Shown: in pieces, positions 15,177-29,842 of the stretch
Layout of the letters: each line of letters begins with the position of its first letter
How positions within the stretch are numbered: position 1 is the first letter of the stretch
NCBI GenBank assembly: GCA_951406725.2
Contig: OX597822.1
Span: 6,510,001 to 6,574,000, forward strand
Length of the DNA stretch: 64,000 nucleotides
Reading direction: 5' to 3'
Source: Octopus vulgaris
Taxonomy: Eukaryota
Notes under the pieces: generated by a model
Told to the model about the DNA's origin: nothing
Database searches by the model: none
The model's input: the letters and a program-made list of their open reading frames with translations, nothing else
Made by a program: the position numbers and the translations under genes

Positions 15177-16796
15177 CTAAAATATTTGTAGAAACATAAC
15201 AAATAGCTTGTAGCTTCTTATCAAGTAGTCTACTGATGCTTGTAGAAACTGAATACAAAATGTTCAGAAATATATATATATATAAACTATGAGATACTTT
15301 GTCAATCACATTACTTCTTCGCTTTGTTTTTGTCATTCAAAATATGACAGAAAGATGAAAGTCAATCACAATGAAATTCATGATTCATACAAATGAACTA
15401 AAATTGAAACCTGCTTAGTGTCATTAGAGATTATAATCAAGTATAATGAACCTCATATTGTCTGGTACAAAACTTTTACGGCAGCAGAAATATGAAACTC
15501 ATACTTGACCTACACGTGATTTCAGCTGCATGATTTAAAAAAAGCGTAAATAAATGCTACATATCATTTTGTCCCGCGAGCAGCTGTTTTTATTTTTAAA
15601 AAGCCCTGACGGATATTTTTGCAAAAATGATACCTATATAAATAACCATTACCAAAACATTTACCAGAATTCATATAGTCTTGCGATAACAATATATACC
15701 TCTGAACGCTTTGAGAAGTAAAATCTTTCCCGAAATATTATGCCATCATTAAGCAACTTGTGTAAGGACATTCAACAAATTTTTGTTTCCATTCATTGAC
15801 ATCACCTTGCACATATGCTCTAACATCTTACCTGCATTACTTACGTTGAGAATCATAAATATATTTATTAGTTTTAGTTTATGCGTGCCGAATACCGCAA
15901 TGAAATATTTAATCATGTTTTGCTTACATCCAGAAAGAGTTGCCTGTTAATGTTAGCTTCAATGTAGCCTATTCCACACTATAATATTTCATACCTAATA
16001 GACTTGACTGTTAAGCATTAAGAAAAGTTATAACTTATTACATCCTGTTATCCCTGTTTACAACGAATATCGCTTACAATTAAAATATATGAATACCATC
16101 ATATCAAAGACAGTCAAAATATGAACCACCTCTTATTATGCTAATAGCTTCTGCCTGTTCTGTTAATTGCACGACAAAGAATTCATTCAGTCAATTGTTG
16201 TGTTCAAAATTTGATATGAGACTAAGCAAATGTTTATGGTTAACATTCCCCTATTCTTTGCTAATAGTTTCATCCTACTATGGAATTTGTTTCGCTTTGT
16301 ATGTTTACATATCAACTAGTACTAACATTTTGACAATCTACAATAGTTTTCATTGCATGATACCTGCAAATTAAGAGCTTTTTCACTTGCTGTTTAGAAG
16401 CACGTTTGGCCGGAAAGTGAAAACAAATTACAAGTTTGTTTTCCGTTTCTGATTATATATGTTATTCTTGGCTTGCGCTGAGGCGCCAAGTCGCAAGCAT
16501 ATTTAAACAAAATAACCTAAATAAAATAAAACAGACACAAGAAATATTAGAATGAAACCCTGTTAGCGGCAAAAATAATAAAAAGTGTTTTATAGAGATG
16601 AATATAAACGCCAGGTTATTATCACGTATCAAATTTGATAAATGATTAATATATATTTTCAGTTTAGGAGAGAATGTTCCTACATACTACACAATAGCCT
16701 TTGGGAAAAATCTCGGCTACTAAAAATGAAGTACCTGATTGGTTCTTCGTGTTGCATATATCCCAGAGTGCAGTTAAGGTATTATATTTCTTATAT

Positions 16797-17213
16797 ACCC
16801 TTCACCCTTTTACCCTTTTACTTGTTTCAGTCATTTGACTGTGGCCATGCTGGAGCACCGCCTTTAGTCGAGCAACTCGACCCCGGGACTTATTCTTTTG
16901 TAAGCCCAGTACTTATTCTATCGGTCTCTTTTTGCCGAACCGCTAAGTGACGGGGACGTAAACACACCAGCATCGGTTGTCAAGCAATGCTAGGGGGTCA
17001 AACACAGACACACAAACACACACACATACACATATATACATACATATATACGACGGGCTTCTTTCAGTTTCCGTCTACCAAATCCACTCACAAGGCTTTG
17101 GTCGGCCCGAGGCTATAGCAGAAGACACTTGCCCAAGGTGCCACGCAGTGGGACTGAACCCGGAACCATGTGGTTGGTAAACAAGCTACTTACCACACAG
17201 CCACTCCTGCGCC
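16797..17213 (-). mobile_element. tRNA-derived SINE, family A, full length
   Basis: Close reverse complement of 10734-11156; tail variant (TAAAAGGG)n. Confidence 0.93.
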
Positions 17214-17559
17214 TATACTACATTATTTTGGTACTACATTATTTTGGTACTTTGTTTTCTTTGTGCATTCAACCTTTTCAGTCAAAAACTCATCTTTTCA
17301 GGATTTCATTTTTTAACTATTGGTGTTGAATTTGTTTCATACTTCTCTCTATCCAATCGGACAAGCAAGTGAACAAAGAAAGGTTTTCCACTCAGGTCTT
17401 CTTTGTGTAATTCTATTTCGGTTGTTTATTTTAGCAATCTTTATTTCTTAAACTGTGATTATTTTGATAGGTTTTCTTACAGAGATCTGAAATCAGAAGG
17501 TTAACATCTGGAGTAAGTGTTGTAAGATATTTTGCCTAGAGCTTACGTCCTAACACTAC

Positions 17560-17569
17560 AATAACAACA

Positions 17570-17667
<98 letters not shown>

Positions 17668-17681
17668 TACTACTACTTCTT

Positions 17682-17747
<66 letters not shown>

Positions 17748-17810
17748 TTACTACTACTACTACTACTCCTACTACTACTACTACTACTAATAATAATAAT
17801 AATAATAATC

Positions 17811-17849
<39 letters not shown>

Positions 17850-17919
17850 TATAATAATAATAATAATAATATAATAATATTAATAATAATAATAATAATA
17901 ATAATGATAATAATAATAA

Positions 17920-17970
<51 letters not shown>

Positions 17971-17996
17971 GTGATAATGAATAATAATAATAATAA

Positions 17997-18057
<61 letters not shown>

Positions 18058-18073
18058 TAATAATAATAATAAT
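17560..18073. repeat. (CTA)n/(CTG)n followed by long (AAT)n
   Basis: Direct reading. Confidence 0.95.
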
Positions 18074-19357
<1,284 letters not shown>

Positions 19358-19479
19358 TCTCTGTTATAGGCGCAAATCCTAAATTTTCTATGGCAGGGGG
19401 TAAGTCGATTACAAGGAATTCAGTGTTTAACCAGTTATTACTATATCGACTCTGAAAGATGAAAGGCAAACGTGTAAAT

Positions 19480-20370
19480 GCAGATGAAATGATGGGCAAA
19501 GAGCTGAGGAGAAGAGAAAAGAAGACCTTCAAATGAGAATGCATGGACAGTTTGAAATGTATATACAAGGCGTTAAAGATTATACAGCATCATGAGCATG
19601 ACTTGAGCGAGGTGATTTGAAGCGTGCCACCAAAAGCCTGATCATTGCTGTGCAAGACCAGGCTCTCGTTACCAAAGTCAGTGTAGTATAACATCAATAA
19701 CACTTCTGACACCCAGAATTGCAGACTCTGTGGAGAGTGGGGAAAGTGTGACCCATTTGGTAAGTGGATGTGAGAGCCTTGCACAAAAAGAATACAAGCG
19801 CCGCCACGATAAAATGTGTGTGTATCTTCATTGGCTCTTACGCCGTAAATACCAATACGAAGTAACAGAGAACTGGTATGAGCATGTACCAAGTAAAGTT
19901 ATGCAAAGGATGGAAAAGTAATGATACTCTGGGACTATGATTTTCAGACGGATCGTGTAATCGAACACCGTCGGCCGGATATTGTCATATTGAATAAGAG
20001 AGACAAATACTTTCAGATCATTGATGTAGCCATACCGAATGACATGAACGTTGTGAGTAAAGAGGTTGAAAGAATCTGGTACTCTGAATTGGAAGTGGAA
20101 ATGGCAAGACTGTATGGGATGTAAGAGAGTAATATAAAAGTGATACTTTGATACCAGTGGCGATCGGAGCGTTGGACTCAATCCCATTGAAACGTCAATT
20201 CTTCTTAAGGCAACTGGAAATCCCATGCAAGATTGATGTCTGGAAAAAAGCGGCCTTATTGAGCACAGCGCACATTTTGGGGAAAGTATTATTTGTCTGG
20301 GGTCGTTGTAGTGACTTGACAGATGACTAAAGACTCCGGTATAATTTTACCTACACTGTGTTACGAAGGA
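19480..20370 (+). mobile_element. Decayed R4/Dong-like 3' fragment (different subfamily)
   Basis: AVQDQAL, CRLCG..ESVTHLVSGC..YKRRHD, ILWDYDFQTDRVIEHRRPDIV..IDVAIP, IPVAIGAL with frameshifts. Confidence 0.85.
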
Positions 20371-20549
20371 ATAATAGTAATAATAGTATACGGGCCTTAG
20401 GTCTAATATATACGTAACTTAGGTCTCTGTGGTTGAGATCCGGTCGTAAGAGGACATAAAATGCACATCAATCGGAAAGTAATAATAATAACAACAACAA
20501 GTAAAAGGAGAATGATGATAATAATAATAATAAATAATTCGAAAAAGGT

Positions 20550-20753
20550 TTTAAATTTTGGCCAGTAATTTCGGGGGAAGGAATAAGATGATTACACTGA
20601 CCCCAGTGCACAACTCGTACTTATTTTGTCGATCCGAAAGGGATGAAAGGCAAAGTCAACCTTGTCGGAATTTGAACTCAGATCGTAAAGAAGGGTGAAA
20701 TGATGCGGAGCATTTTGCCTGGTGTGCTAACAATTCTGCCAGCTCACCGCCTA
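20550..20753 (-). mobile_element. Family D SINE, diverged
   Basis: GGATGAAAGGCAAAGTCAACC..GGAATTTGAACTCAGA..TTCTGCCAGCTCACCGCCT. Confidence 0.8.
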
Positions 20754-20899
20754 ACGAAATATTAAACCTCGGTATCTAACCTCCTTTCTATAAAAATATA
20801 TCATTGCTACTCATAAAATACATCCGCAGTAAAATGTCTAATTTACTGTTTATTGAGATTTCTGCTTGAAACTTGGAACCGTTCGTATAAAACAAAACA

Positions 20900-22370
20900 A
20901 TATCAAAAGCAAAGATACAACAATAATAGACCCAATAACAATAAGCACAAAGTATAATTTAAACACCGAAGAAAATTTCAGCTGAGGAGAAAATAATATA
21001 ACAAAAGTAGGACGACAACCGAGAACAAAATAACAAAGAGAATATGAGAAAATCTGTAGAATGGTAAGTATTGTGTGAGAAAGGACAGTTACGAATTTAG
21101 AGGATATTTGCCATCAATTGATGAGAACTAAAATTAGAATAGAAGCTTTGATTTTATATGTACATGATAAATATCTAGACAGAAAAATCTATCAAAGTAA
21201 TAAAAGATGGTTTCAACGTCAATTGCAGATTATATAATCAACATAAATATTTGATCATATCTTTTTTCAGCAGCCCAGTGTAGTCAATATAAGAATATAT
21301 CCATAGATATGACCAGATAGGTAGTTATATTTATTGGGTAGTATAAGGTCACATCCACATGAAACCCAAGAATAAGTGCTATAAGCACGCAACAAATCCG
21401 TTAAATATCATTATTATGACCACAATTATTTGGAACATTTTGCTTAGACAGACAAGGAGATGAAAGCAAAATACCTAAATATCATATAGAATGATAAAGG
21501 AAAACTTACGTCCTTTACTAAACAAAACATATCCTAAAAGAAGGTTGAAAAGCTATCAAAAGTGCGTGGACATCCGTTGGAAATAAAATAAGATGGAGTG
21601 GAAGCAATAAAATAACGTTAACAACGAACCAAAAAAAAATAGCATACGTATCACGACTTTATTTACTATTCATGAAATAGGATTGCTAACCATACGTACT
21701 TCACAAAACACTTACAGTACTATAACGCAATGTATACTACATTATGCATAGTATTCCCCAAGTAAGATGAAAAGATGTTACTGCAAACAATACAATAAAC
21801 TACAAGAGAAACGAGGAAGACATTATATCGACGAATCACAAGAGAAATAGGGTAAGTTGTAAATGAAGACCGTTGGTTGTGGTTGCGAGATGCATATCTG
21901 AACACTGAAACGGAATTTCTAGTAGTAGTCGCTCTGGAAAAATTAAAAACAAATAAATTGGATAAAGGCAAAAACTAATAAAGCTCAGGCAGCAAACGCA
22001 GAATGTGTAGAAAAGTAAAGGAAAGTGCTGGCAATTTCGTAAATGCAGTAAGCTAGAGCAAATACAGGAATGGATCTGTTGGTAAAATACTGCATTCGAA
22101 GTTTTAGCAAATTCATAGAGTTAAAATAATTTAGAAGTTGCATGAACAAGAGTCAGAGGCTGTGATTTTGATTGATAGCCACAGAATTTATGGGATTTTC
22201 GATAGAGAATGGTCATATATAGGATAAAATAAATCAGATATGAACCTGGAAGGCAGAAAAGAATGCAGATTGCAAGAATATCGATATTGCAATTGTGTAT
22301 GATAATCAAAACCTTATCAGGGAAGCCAAGAAAGTTGAGAGATATCAGGGTCCAGTAAGATGGACTGAAT
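20900..22370 (+). mobile_element. Highly decayed R4-like LINE remnant
   Basis: A-rich coding-like strand; traces of LWDF..DR and IDIAI near 22190-22300; no long ORF. Confidence 0.45.
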
Positions 22371-22502
22371 AACTATTAAACAAACACCGAAAATTGTTCA
22401 TGTAGTAATTCTTGCAATCATAAATATGCTCTAACTATAAGAGTGAAAGGTACTGAAATTGTAACACATAATGTGGACTTACATAAATGCACCATCATAT
22501 AT

Positions 22503-22591
<89 letters not shown>

Positions 22592-22593
<2 letters not shown>

Positions 22594-23300
22594 AATTATT
22601 GTATTATACTGTGCTCATGTGCACCACAACTTATTAGAAAGTGCGTATAAAGAATATGCAGTAATGTACAAATGTCTGGAAAGTGAACAGTGTATGAGTC
22701 AGATACAGGCTTGCGTGTGTATGGAGGGGAGAGAATCAGGTGTAGTGTTGGCGAATCTCAGGAAGCATGGAGGTTTTGAAGGATACAGTTCTCCGACAAC
22801 TAACAACTGATGTCGGCAGTCTGTTCCATGCTTCAGCATCTCTTAGCTTGAAAAAAATGTTTCCGAAAGTCATGGGAACTGTGCTGTTTTCTGACATTGT
22901 GAACATGTCCACGAGTGTTTGACAGATGGAGTTTGAAAAGGTGCTCAGAGTTATTGTTTGTAAGATGGTTAATAATTTTATGAGTGTCTGCCAAGTCAGC
23001 TGCCAGACGTCGGAGTTTCAATGTATCCATGCCCAGGGAAGTAAGGCGTTCAGAATATGGCAACTGACTGATGGAGGGTATTCTCTTGGTTGCACGGCGC
23101 TGAACGGTTTCCAGACGATTAATATCCTGGGTAAGATAGGCGTTCCAGACCGGTGATGCAAATTCCAGGTGAGGTGACACTATTGCTATATAAAGCCGCA
23201 GATAGATAGCTGGAAAGCGGCTCACACAGCACTTAGTGAGTGATGCCAAGACACCCTCAGCCTTCTTGGCAATTTTAGCAATGTGTTTTGTCCAACGCAA
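22592..23300 (-). mobile_element. 5'-truncated CR1-group LINE (ORF2 C-terminus + 3' UTR)
   Basis: W..HI..I.KKA, LY.AIVSPHLEFASPVW, LETVQRRATK, YSERL..L, NTRGH, RKHFF; 3' end abuts the ATT repeat at 22508-22591. Confidence 0.9.
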
Positions 23301-23309
23301 ACAGCTATT

Positions 23310-25460
23310 CGAGAGATTTGAAGACATTTGTCACACAACATCAAGAAAAGATTGTACTGATTAAAGTTGCTTATAACGACTTCTACACTACAGCAACAAC
23401 AACAACGTTAATAATGATGCCAGCTATACAATACATTCACACAACAAGACAGTTCAACCAGAGTAAATATTGAGGGTGATCAAATAGAAACACTAACGAG
23501 AATAAAGAAAATAGCATCGATAAATCAATGAACAAGGATCAACGTCAACACCTCTCAAACTAGAATCCTGTAAACAGCTTTATGAGGGAATAAACAAATA
23601 AGAAAAAGGAAAAAACTCTATTCAAGGTTACAAACTGACAGGAACATGGACAGTCTGAATAATCCGATCTATTTAACAGCTGTGGTAGTATCGAGGGAAT
23701 CCAGCTTGATTCTAAGAAGGATAACCTCTCAAAATGAAAGAACAGATAATCGATAACATTGAGAAAAGAAAAAAAAGGATATACCTATCCTTACTAGATA
23801 AAAAGGGTCCCAGCATAAATGAAGGGAAAAGGCTCTAAATAAAAATAAGCTACAAGCTCAGATCAATAAAAAAGAAGACAGCGTAGAACAAAAAGAAATA
23901 GCAGTATGACTTTGGAAAATGTCGTCGTTTATTTGAGGAGAATAAAGTATTTCGATCAAATATCAAAAGATTCTGCAGAGACATAAAAGACGCATATAGT
24001 CAACAGACATACCAGAGCCAAAGAAAAATTGTACATACTGGGAGGGAATATATGGTAAAAAGAATCAGCACAATAGATCAGGAGGGAAGCGAAAACAGTA
24101 ACTTGCCAGAAACTCACTTAAAAATTGTTAACTACAAACAAATGAAAAGCATCGGGGTCTCACAATATACTTAAGTCCTGGTTGAAGCATCAGACCAGTA
24201 CACATGGCTATATAGAAATAGAAAAGGTGGCGAGTTGGCAGAATCATTAGCACGCTGGGCGAAATGCGTAGCCGTATTTCGTCTGCCGTTACGTACTGAG
24301 TTCAAATTCCGCCGAGGTCGACTTTGCCTTTCATCCTTTCGGAGTCGATAAATTAAGTACCAGTTACGCACTGAGGTCGATGTAATCGACTTAATCCCTT
24401 AGTCTGTCTTTGTTTATCCCCTCTATGTTTAGCCGCTTGTGGGCAATAAAGAAATATATATATAGAAATAGAATTTAATGAAGAGATAAGCTGGACCAGG
24501 ATCAATGATGCATAAAAAATGGAAGGAAACTGTACACAGACGCCTAAAAGCAGAAACACCATAGACCAACAACAAATTTGCTAGTCAATGGCATATGTAT
24601 CTCTTACATCCACACAATGCAACGAACTGGACCAACATCTACCGAACAATAACATATTACTTGAAATAGAGAGACAAGCGAAGAGTAATGTATGGTTGCA
24701 GACATCAATTACTGGTAAATGGAGCAGCTATTCTTTCCAAGGCAACAAAAGATAGTTCACAGAAGATAGCAAACAGAAAGTGGCAAGCAAAATACTGAAT
24801 GACGTTTGAGATTATTCTATATTACTAAGTATAAGAAAGGCTCTACATAAGTCAAGACACTATAACACTAAGATAAAGCATCAATCATGAAATAACAATA
24901 AATAACAATGTCTCCTCAAAGCAAAGAAGTGGTATAAAACTTTAGCCCTGTTGTCACTAGAAGAGGACATTTACAAGGGTATTCTTTATCCCCCTGATTT
25001 TTTCTCTAATACTAACTCTTCTACAAAACTGTTCATTAAACTTACTATGGACTCAGATATTATGAACGAACTAAAATTTTTCTATAGAATGATTGTTTGA
25101 AATAATATATCGATGGAAAAGCTGCAAAGATTTATCTTTAAATTCAGTCAAAATATGAATGTGTTTGGTATTATTCACAATTGCCAAAACCATTACAAGA
25201 AAGGCAAATTAACTGAAGTGAAAATATCAAATGTGGAAATCAGAGAATTAGGTCCAACCCAACTGTATAAATGTTTTGGAGGAGTAGAAACTGATAAAGT
25301 ACAACACACACAAATAAAGACAATAAGTATTCGTGCAGCAGAAGTGTCAGGCTAATATCAAAAACGAAACTTACCTTAGAAATAAGACAGTAGGTGTAAC
25401 TACGCTTGACATTTCATTTATAAATAACAGCTGCCACATCAGGTGGGAGCTGAGCGAATT
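23310..25460 (+). mobile_element. Highly decayed R4-like RT remnant, interrupted by a SINE
   Basis: GGACATTTACAAGGGTATTCTTTATCCCC resembles GI.QGDSLSP; YKCFGGVE resembles YKYLG.E; strongly A-rich. Confidence 0.5.
24224..24458 (+). mobile_element. Family D SINE (Meta-domain-like), full length with 15-bp TSD
   Basis: TGGCAGAATCATTAG A box, GAGTTCAAATTCC B box, central GCCTTTCATCCTTTCGGAGTCGATAAATTAAGTACCAG; TATATAGAAATAGAA at 24209-24223 and 24459-24473. Confidence 0.9.
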
Positions 25461-25469
25461 AAAATATAG

Positions 25470-25929
25470 TTTTTTACTACCCACAAGGGGCTAAACACAG
25501 AGGGGACAAACAAGGACAGACAAAGGGATTAAGTCGATTACATCGACCCCATTGCGTAACTGGTACTTAATTTATCGACCCCGAAAGGATGAAAGGCAAA
25601 GTCGACCTCGGCGGAATTTGAACTCAGAACGTAGCGGCAGACGAAATACGGCTACGCATTTCGCCCGGCATGCTACCGGTTGTGCAAGTTTGCCACCTTC
25701 TGAAATCCAAAATTAGACCTTCTAGTCTAGGCACAAGTTCTAAAATGTTGTGCTAGGAAGTTAGTCGATTGCATCGACCCCAGTGTTCAAATAATACTTA
25801 TTTTTTAGACCCCGAAAAGATGATAGGCAAAACTGAACTCGATGAAATTCGACCGTCGAACGTTAAGGCGGGTGAAATACCGCAAAGCATTCTCTCCGGA
25901 GAGCTAACAATTCTGCCATCTCGCCGCTT
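25470..25929 (-). mobile_element. Two tandem family D SINEs (25470-25699 young; ~25720-25929 older)
   Basis: Both are reverse complements of the 24224 copy. Confidence 0.87.
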
Positions 25930-25939
25930 TGAGAACTAC

Positions 25940-26280
25940 AATTAACAACTAAAATGATCTGGAAGTAAACATTAGTGATAAAAAGTGAATGTGGAAAACC
26001 CTCAGAACTTAAGCAAAATGTCAGTCAAGACTGCATAACATTTTCCAGTCTGTTTAACCTAAACACTAAGATCAGAGAAGTAGAAATGATGCCGAGAACA
26101 TCAATAGGATGTAAGAATATCAATAACCTTAGGTATGCAAACAATACTACTTTATTAACTTTCAGCATAGATGGAGATCTTCCCACACAGTGTCTAAAAC
26201 TTATGGTAAAAATCCGAAGACGGAACCTTAGTCTTATCGATTTAATATTGACATTAAAAAACAAGAATATATACTGAGAA
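25940..26280 (+). mobile_element. Decayed RTE-type RT fragment
   Basis: VSQDCITFSSLFNL resembles VRQGC.LSP.LFNL; IGCKNINNLRYANNTTL resembles IGG.NINNLRYADDT.L. Confidence 0.75.
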
Positions 26281-26799
26281 TAGTGATGTACCTGATGCTG
26301 TTAGAGGATAGGTGGCGTAGGTGCTCAATCAACAAATAATGAATCGTACACGTTGGACCTAAAAAGCTCATTGTCAATTTCAGAGAACTATGTTTACAGG
26401 GCAGAGTCGAAATCGTGGCCTTTGCCGATCCTATTCCGATAGTAGCAACTCAACTCTTAGTGAATGTTTTGCTCTCATTTGTATTTAACTACGCGTCGCA
26501 TTTTGACATATTTTAAAATATGGTAGTGGTTGATTAGAATATATTTTAATCAACCACCACAACCACCATCTTCGACACAAACCTTACACCTGTGTGTAGG
26601 TGCGGATGCATGATTGCATTCATACATATGTGTGCATACATGCATGTATATATCCCATATGTTTTAACTTCTTCTATACGGCACGAATTATATAATTTAC
26701 CACTTCCAATATTATAGATTATAATCATAATGACCATCATCATCATCGTCATGACATCATAATCATCATTATCATCACCTTTTAAAGTATGTACGGTCT

Positions 26800-27230
26800 C
26801 ACGAAACGCATATTGCTGTTACAGAGAGGTTTACAGGACTGTGACTTGCAGGATTTGGGGCACATTTGTATACTCAAGGAGTTTTACTTTACTATGCGTC
26901 TTCACAAGTTTCTGATGATGTTGTGTAATTTTGTCTTGTGCATAAAGTATATGCGCTGTGTTGTGTTTCTTTTGGATGCTCAATATTATTGATATGTGCT
27001 GGTGGTTTGTTGTTATGTGCTTCCGTGTTCCACAGATATCATAAAATTCGATGTGTTTATAACACATACGGGATGTAGTTGTGTAGAATCGGGTGTTGAT
27101 TATATAGCTGTGTGTACCGTTTTATTCCAATGCGTTGATTGTGCATAATATGTGTTTTGTGAGTTATTGTTTCATTAGATATTCATTGTGTAGAGCATTT
27201 GCTATCTGAAAAGATAGGTGTTGTTTTGAG
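26800..27230 (-). mobile_element. Possible decayed Penelope GIY-YIG C-terminal remnant
   Basis: A/C-rich minus strand with only faint motif similarity. Confidence 0.25.
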
Positions 27231-27244
27231 CTGCACTATTGCGG

Positions 27245-27670
27245 GCCAGTCGATTAGATCGACCCCAATACGCAACTGGTACTTAATTTATCGACCCCGA
27301 AATGAGAAAAGGCAAAGTCGACCTCGGTGGAATTTGAACACAGAACGTAATACCTATTTCTTTACTACCCAGAGAGGACAAACAAGGACAGGCGAACGGA
27401 TTAAGCCGATTACATCGACCCCAATGCGTAACTGGTACTTATTTAATCGACCCCGAAAGGATGAAAGGCAAAGTCAACCTCGGCGGAATTTGAACTCAGA
27501 ACGTAGCGGCAGATGAAATACCGCTAAGCATTTCGTCCGGCGTGCTAATGCTTCCACCAGCTCGCCGTCTTATACTTGTTTATTATTCTTTTCTACTCTA
27601 GGCACAAGGCCCGACATTTTGGTGGAGGGGCCAGTCGATTAATTTGACTCCGTACGCAACTGGTAGTTAA
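27245..27670 (-). mobile_element. Cluster of tandem/partial family D SINEs
   Basis: Three GTCGATTA..ACGCAACTGGTA repeats; two carry GGCAAAGTC.ACCTCGG.GGAATTTGAAC. Confidence 0.85.
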
Positions 27671-27914
27671 TTCCACAATTCTGCTTACAAAATGGAGGCA
27701 TTTTAAATCTCCCTCATGTGAAGCAGCAAAAGATTCTTTCCCAGGAAACATCAACAGAAATTGTTTCAATTGAAAATTTAGGGCACTGTCAGCAGCACCA
27801 TTAAAATTGAAACCTACAGCCAATAACTCTAGCAAAGATTAACAGAAATACATTTTATTGTATTTCTAACAGTCTCTCCATGTCTACCTATATGCACAAA
27901 TACGTACACATACA

Positions 27915-28101
27915 CAAACGATTGATCGTTAGCCACTACACACGTTTTTCTCTCCTTGTTTATCTCCTTGTTTTTTCTGTGTCCCTTTCTGTAGAAGAGC
28001 GTAGGCTCGAAACGTAAAAGACTTTTTCTATTCCAGAGCGTTATACATCTGTTTGTTTTGTACACCACTTGTCTTCGTCTTTTGTTTTTTTCGTAAACTC
28101 T

Positions 28102-28103
<2 letters not shown>
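27915..28103 (+). mobile_element. Short Penelope pLTR-like element with variant hammerhead motif
   Basis: CTTT-CTGTAGAA-GAGC GTAG GCTC-GAAAC-GTA-AAAG at 27985-28020; followed by (TA)n; homologous to 36930-37138. Confidence 0.6.
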
Positions 28104-28183
<80 letters not shown>

Positions 28184-28216
28184 ACTTTATATACTATATA
28201 TATATATATATATATA

Positions 28217-29517
28217 CTAGCAGAGATACCCGGCGTTGCCCGTGTTACATACAATTGAAGAATTTGACTTTCTGTTATATTTTCTCTAATGAACTGGAAT
28301 ATCTATGTTTCGAATTTCATCAAAATTGCAGATGAGGGTTATTTCCCTCTTTACACACACCTAAAACTTTGTAATCATGCCACAAGTACTCCATACTACT
28401 GATTTTATGCGCATATTCCAAAATTCCAGTCTTATTGAACCTGTTAAAAAGATTTTGTTCCTGAAAAATTAAGGTCATAGAGCTCTAAAATATGAGAGTT
28501 AAGGCCCCTCTTGGGGTTGGGCATCTTAATCTAAACCAGAGAAGTTGAATTGTTAAGAATCTTTTTAACTTGGGTCTTATATCAATTGCTTGAATTTCTT
28601 TGAAATAGGAAATATATGTTCACTGGGTTTGTAAAAGAGAGCAAAGCTACAGGAAACCAAAAGACGAATGATCACAATAAGCAATCAGTTACCCTACACT
28701 TGTCGTTACCACTCCCAATATAGGATTCCTCACCATCCAGGTGACAGGCACAGCCGTAAGATGCATTACGAATCTATAGCAATTGGAAGGGCGTGACCCA
28801 ACTGAAATAAACATTAACAACTGGGTGATGTGAGGGCTAAGGAGAATGAAAGTGTCACCTTTGGAGTTTGCAAATGGCCACTATACTGATACGTAACTGG
28901 ACAGAATAAATTTACAATCTATAAATGTTTTTGAATAACCAGTCACTCATCTGCGAAGGCCTTGATATCAATGTCACCATCTGTGGACTATGTGTGACCG
29001 AGTGATAATAAAAAGACTGAAAGGAGGTCTGCAATCAAATAACTTTATTCAACACTTTGCAACTGAATCAGTGGAGGCAAAGATGCCTCTCATTTGCTTG
29101 AAAATTTATGCACCATATTGCAGAAATCTCAATGTAGGTGTATGTCAAAGCAAACCGTTACACTGTTGTACAATTGAATTAGAAATAATGCTCAATTTTT
29201 ATGCTCGGGTAACATTACAGCTTCCAAGAGCACAACTGTATTCGTTTTTGCTTAGATAAAATGACAATATTGTGGGTGTTAAGTCACCACGAAGGGTTCT
29301 TTCTAACTTGTAAGAAGATGAAATTTTATAAATATTACTTCATTTGTGTCTAATATCTACGGTTAAAATTTCATCAAAGGCAAAAATATATGAATTGTCA
29401 TGGGGGCTATGGCCCCTATGCATAGAATATAATTTCCAAATTTCATAAAGATCCATTCAGTACTTTTGGATCATAAAAGAAATGACTAAAATTTGGGAAT
29501 TAAGGCTCCCATTAGGG

Positions 29518-29570
<53 letters not shown>
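28217..29570 (-). mobile_element. Helitron-like non-autonomous element
   Basis: Left end A|CTAG..CCCGGCGTTGCCCG is the minus-strand 3' hairpin + CTAG; right end GGGTTA(TA)nGA is the TC(TA)n 5' end; subterminal CCAAATTTCAT motif. Confidence 0.65.
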
Positions 29571-29594
<24 letters not shown>

Positions 29595-29842
29595 TACAAC
29601 TGAGTGGGTAAACAAAAATATGAGACACAGCCTAGTGCTTTTTTATGTTGATAAGCCTGGTACTTATTCTATTAGTTTGTTCTTGTGAAACCAGTAAGTT
29701 ATGTGGATGTTAATAAATGAACAGCAGTTGTGAAGCAGTGATGAGGGCGAAACACAGACACAAAGACACACACATACAATTACATATATATATATATATA
29801 CGATTGATTTGTTTCAGTTCCTGTCTACGAAATCCATATATA

